Below are positions 62,104 to 64,000 of a DNA stretch of 64,000 bases, in pieces. The notes beneath the pieces are model-generated. The model was not told the DNA's origin, did no database searches, and saw only the letters and a program-made list of their open reading frames with translations. The stretch lies in assembly GCA_049275655.1 (NCBI GenBank), contig JBASUY010000057.1, positions 5,303-69,302 of the forward strand, given 5' to 3'. Made by a program: the position numbers and the translations under genes. The DNA is from Candidatus Omnitrophota bacterium (lineage in GTDB: Bacteria; Omnitrophota; Gorgyraeia; Gygaellales; Profunditerraquicolaceae). Each line of letters begins with the position of its first letter. The first letter of the stretch is position 1.

Positions 62104-63027
62104 ATGAGTGTTAATCTTGCAGTTAATATAGGTAAACTTAAATTAAAGAATCCAGTGATGGTTGCCTCCGGAACCTTTGGCTATGCTAAAGAGTTTAAAG
62201 ATTTTATTAATCTAAGAAGATTAGGGGCCATTGCAACAAAGACTATAACCTTAAAACCCCGTCAAGGTAATCCCCCTGTCCGTACCTGTGAAACTCCCTG
62301 TGGGATGCTTAATTCCATCGGTTTAGAAAATCCCGGGATAAATTCCTTTTTAAAGGATAATTTGCCTTTTTTGAAAAAGTTGCAGGTGCCCATTGTTATG
62401 AGTATTGCTGCGGAGGATAATCCTTCTGAATTTGTAGAGCTTACGAAGAGATTAAACAAATTAAGTTGTGTTGATGCCTTAGAGCTTAATATATCCTGCC
62501 CTAATATCGCAGGTAAGAGCGATTTAATTGCACAAGATAAGGATGCTACGTATGCAGTTGTCCGTTCTGTGCGTAAGGCCACAACTAAAACTTTGATTAC
62601 TAAATTATCCCCCAATGTTACTTCTATTAGCGAGATTGCCGGCGCTGCGCAGGAAGCCGGCAGTGACGCAGTCTCTTTAATTAATACGCTCTCGGGTATG
62701 AGTATCGATATTTTTACCATGAGGCCAAAACTTGCGCAGGCTTTTGGAGGCTTAAGCGGCCCGGCAATAAGGCCGGTAGCTATTAAGATGGTCTGGGATG
62801 TCTATAATAAGATTAAAATTCCAATTATCGGAATGGGTGGTATAATAGATGCGCAAAGTGCATTAGAATTTTTTATCGCCGGGGCTACTGCTATAAGCGT
62901 AGGAACAGCTAATTTTATTAATCCTAAGGTAAGCGTTGAGATAATAGACGGGTTAAAAAGATACCTTAAAGATAAGAAGATACAAAATATTCAAAACCTT
63001 ACCGGAAGCTTAATCTATGAAACCTGA
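62104..63027 (+). CDS. pyrD: Dihydroorotate dehydrogenase catalytic subunit (class 1B)
   Basis: It reads LKNPVMVASGTFGYAKEF with the catalytic Cys region NISCPN. It is 307 aa. Confidence 0.9.
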   Translation: MSVNLAVNIGKLKLKNPVMVASGTFGYAKEFKDFINLRRLGAIATKTITLKPRQGNPPVRTCETPCGMLNSIGLENPGINSFLKDNLPFLKKLQVPIVMSIAAEDNPSEFVELTKRLNKLSCVDALELNISCPNIAGKSDLIAQDKDATYAVVRSVRKATTKTLITKLSPNVTSISEIAGAAQEAGSDAVSLINTLSGMSIDIFTMRPKLAQAFGGLSGPAIRPVAIKMVWDVYNKIKIPIIGMGGIIDAQSALEFFIAGATAISVGTANFINPKVSVEIIDGLKRYLKDKKIQNIQNLTGSLIYET

Positions 63028-63700
63028 GATAGTTTTGGCACTTGATGTGGATAATTTTCTTCAAGCGCGCCAGCTTGTGGATAAACTCTATCCTACTATT
63101 AAAACATTTAAGGTAGGAAGCCAGTTATTTACCTCATGCGGGCATAAGATTGTAGAGTTTATCAATAAAAAAGGCGCTAAGGTATTTTTAGACTTAAAAT
63201 TTTTTGATATACCCAATACCGTTGCCAAGGCAGTTCGCGCAGCAACCCGCCTTAAGGTTAAGATGATGACCATGCATATCCTTGGCGATGAGGAGATGCT
63301 TAAGGCAGCGGTCTTTGCCGCGAAGGATGAGGCAAGGAGACTTCGCATAAAAAGGCCGCTTTTAATCGGGGTTACTGTATTGACTAGCAAGGAAGCGAAG
63401 ATAAATGATGTTTTAATTTTAGCAAAGATGGGGATAGAGTCTGGTTTGGACGGAGTGGTCTGCTCTGCTAAGGAGGCAGGGGAAGTGCGTAAGAATATAA
63501 AAGGGGAGTTTGTTATCGTAACTCCGGGGCTAAGGGCAAGGGGTAGTTTTAAGAATGACCAAAAGAGGACTGCGACTATCCTTGAGGCAATCTCTGCAGG
63601 GAGTAATTTTTTAGTAGTCGGCAGGCCGCTCTTAGAAGCAACTAACCCTAAGGCAACCGCAAAAGCAATGTTAGGAGAGATAAATGCCGGAAGAGATTAA
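63017..63700 (+). CDS. pyrF: Orotidine 5'-phosphate decarboxylase
   Basis: It reads IVLALDVDNF with the DxKxxDIP motif (LDLKFFDIPNTV). Confidence 0.9.
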   Translation: MKPEIVLALDVDNFLQARQLVDKLYPTIKTFKVGSQLFTSCGHKIVEFINKKGAKVFLDLKFFDIPNTVAKAVRAATRLKVKMMTMHILGDEEMLKAAVFAAKDEARRLRIKRPLLIGVTVLTSKEAKINDVLILAKMGIESGLDGVVCSAKEAGEVRKNIKGEFVIVTPGLRARGSFKNDQKRTATILEAISAGSNFLVVGRPLLEATNPKATAKAMLGEINAGRD

Positions 63701-64000
63701 ATCACTAATAGAAAAGATTCAAAAAGAAGGGATTCAAAAGGCATCCGATGAAGCGCTTAAGATAGTAGAAGAGGCCAAAAGAGAAGCCAAAAAAATATTA
63801 CAGGATGCGCATGCAAAGGCAGAAGTTTTGCTTGCTCAGGCTAAAGAAGAGATATTAAAAAAGAAGGAGTCTTCCGATATTCTACTCAAGCAATCAGGGA
63901 GGGATTTTATCATCTCTTTGCGCAATCAGATTAATATAATCCTTAAAAATATTATTGCGCAGAAGGTCTCCGAGGCTCTATCTATTGAAGAGGTCTCTAA
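63683..64000 (+). CDS. Partial ORF continuing past the window end: coiled-coil protein resembling V/A-type ATPase subunit E or an F-type b-like stalk protein
   Basis: The ATG at 63683 overlaps the pyrF stop. The product is MPEEIKSLIEKIQKEGIQKASDEALKIVEEAKREAKKILQDAHAKAEVLLAQAKEEILKKKES..., a charged alpha-helical stalk-like sequence. The window truncates it. Confidence 0.3.

Overview
This 64 kb window is a bacterial chromosomal replication-origin region. It is AT-rich with dense, heavily overlapping genes. The rpmH-dnaA intergenic region (40284..40732) carries DnaA boxes, an AT-rich stretch and sigma70-like promoters. Every gene I call to its left (1..40283) is on the minus strand and every gene to its right (40733..64000) is on the plus strand, which is the strand switch expected at oriC.

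Left arm, minus strand: mgtE (partial), a greA-like factor, a two-component system with an extra tandem-receiver protein, a K+/H+ antiporter, gltX, a four-subunit 2-oxoacid:ferredoxin oxidoreductase, dxs, xseAB, a secreted protein resembling a clan-A glycoside hydrolase, ymdB-rny, 5-formyl-THF cyclo-ligase, iscU, a MetV-like protein, an EF-G carrying an N-terminal membrane anchor and coiled coil, rarA, pheST, trkH/trkA/trkA, thrS-infC-rpmI-rplT, tRNAs Val/Leu/Cys, coaC, rpoZ, gmk, yicC, ndk, parAB, a Jag N-domain-only ORF, yidC and yidD, and rpmH (found by hand, 45 aa) with no rnpA.

Right arm, plus strand: dnaA, dnaN, a DUF721/DciA-like ORF where recF normally sits, gyrB, a polytopic membrane protein translationally coupled to gyrA, gyrA, tRNA-Glu, a glmS-like SIS-only isomerase, rsmI, and a PyrR-attenuated pyrimidine operon (pyrR-pyrB-pyrC-[PHP nuclease resembling EndoQ]-tRNA-Arg-[LOG-family]-carA-carB-mutM-pyrK-pyrD-pyrF).

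The most unusual items are the membrane-tethered EF-G fusion, two DNA-repair genes (the EndoQ-like nuclease and mutM) embedded in and coupled to the pyr operon, a CarA whose glutaminase triad is fully substituted, and the membrane protein inserted between gyrB and gyrA. I found no CRISPR array, IS element or prophage signal.
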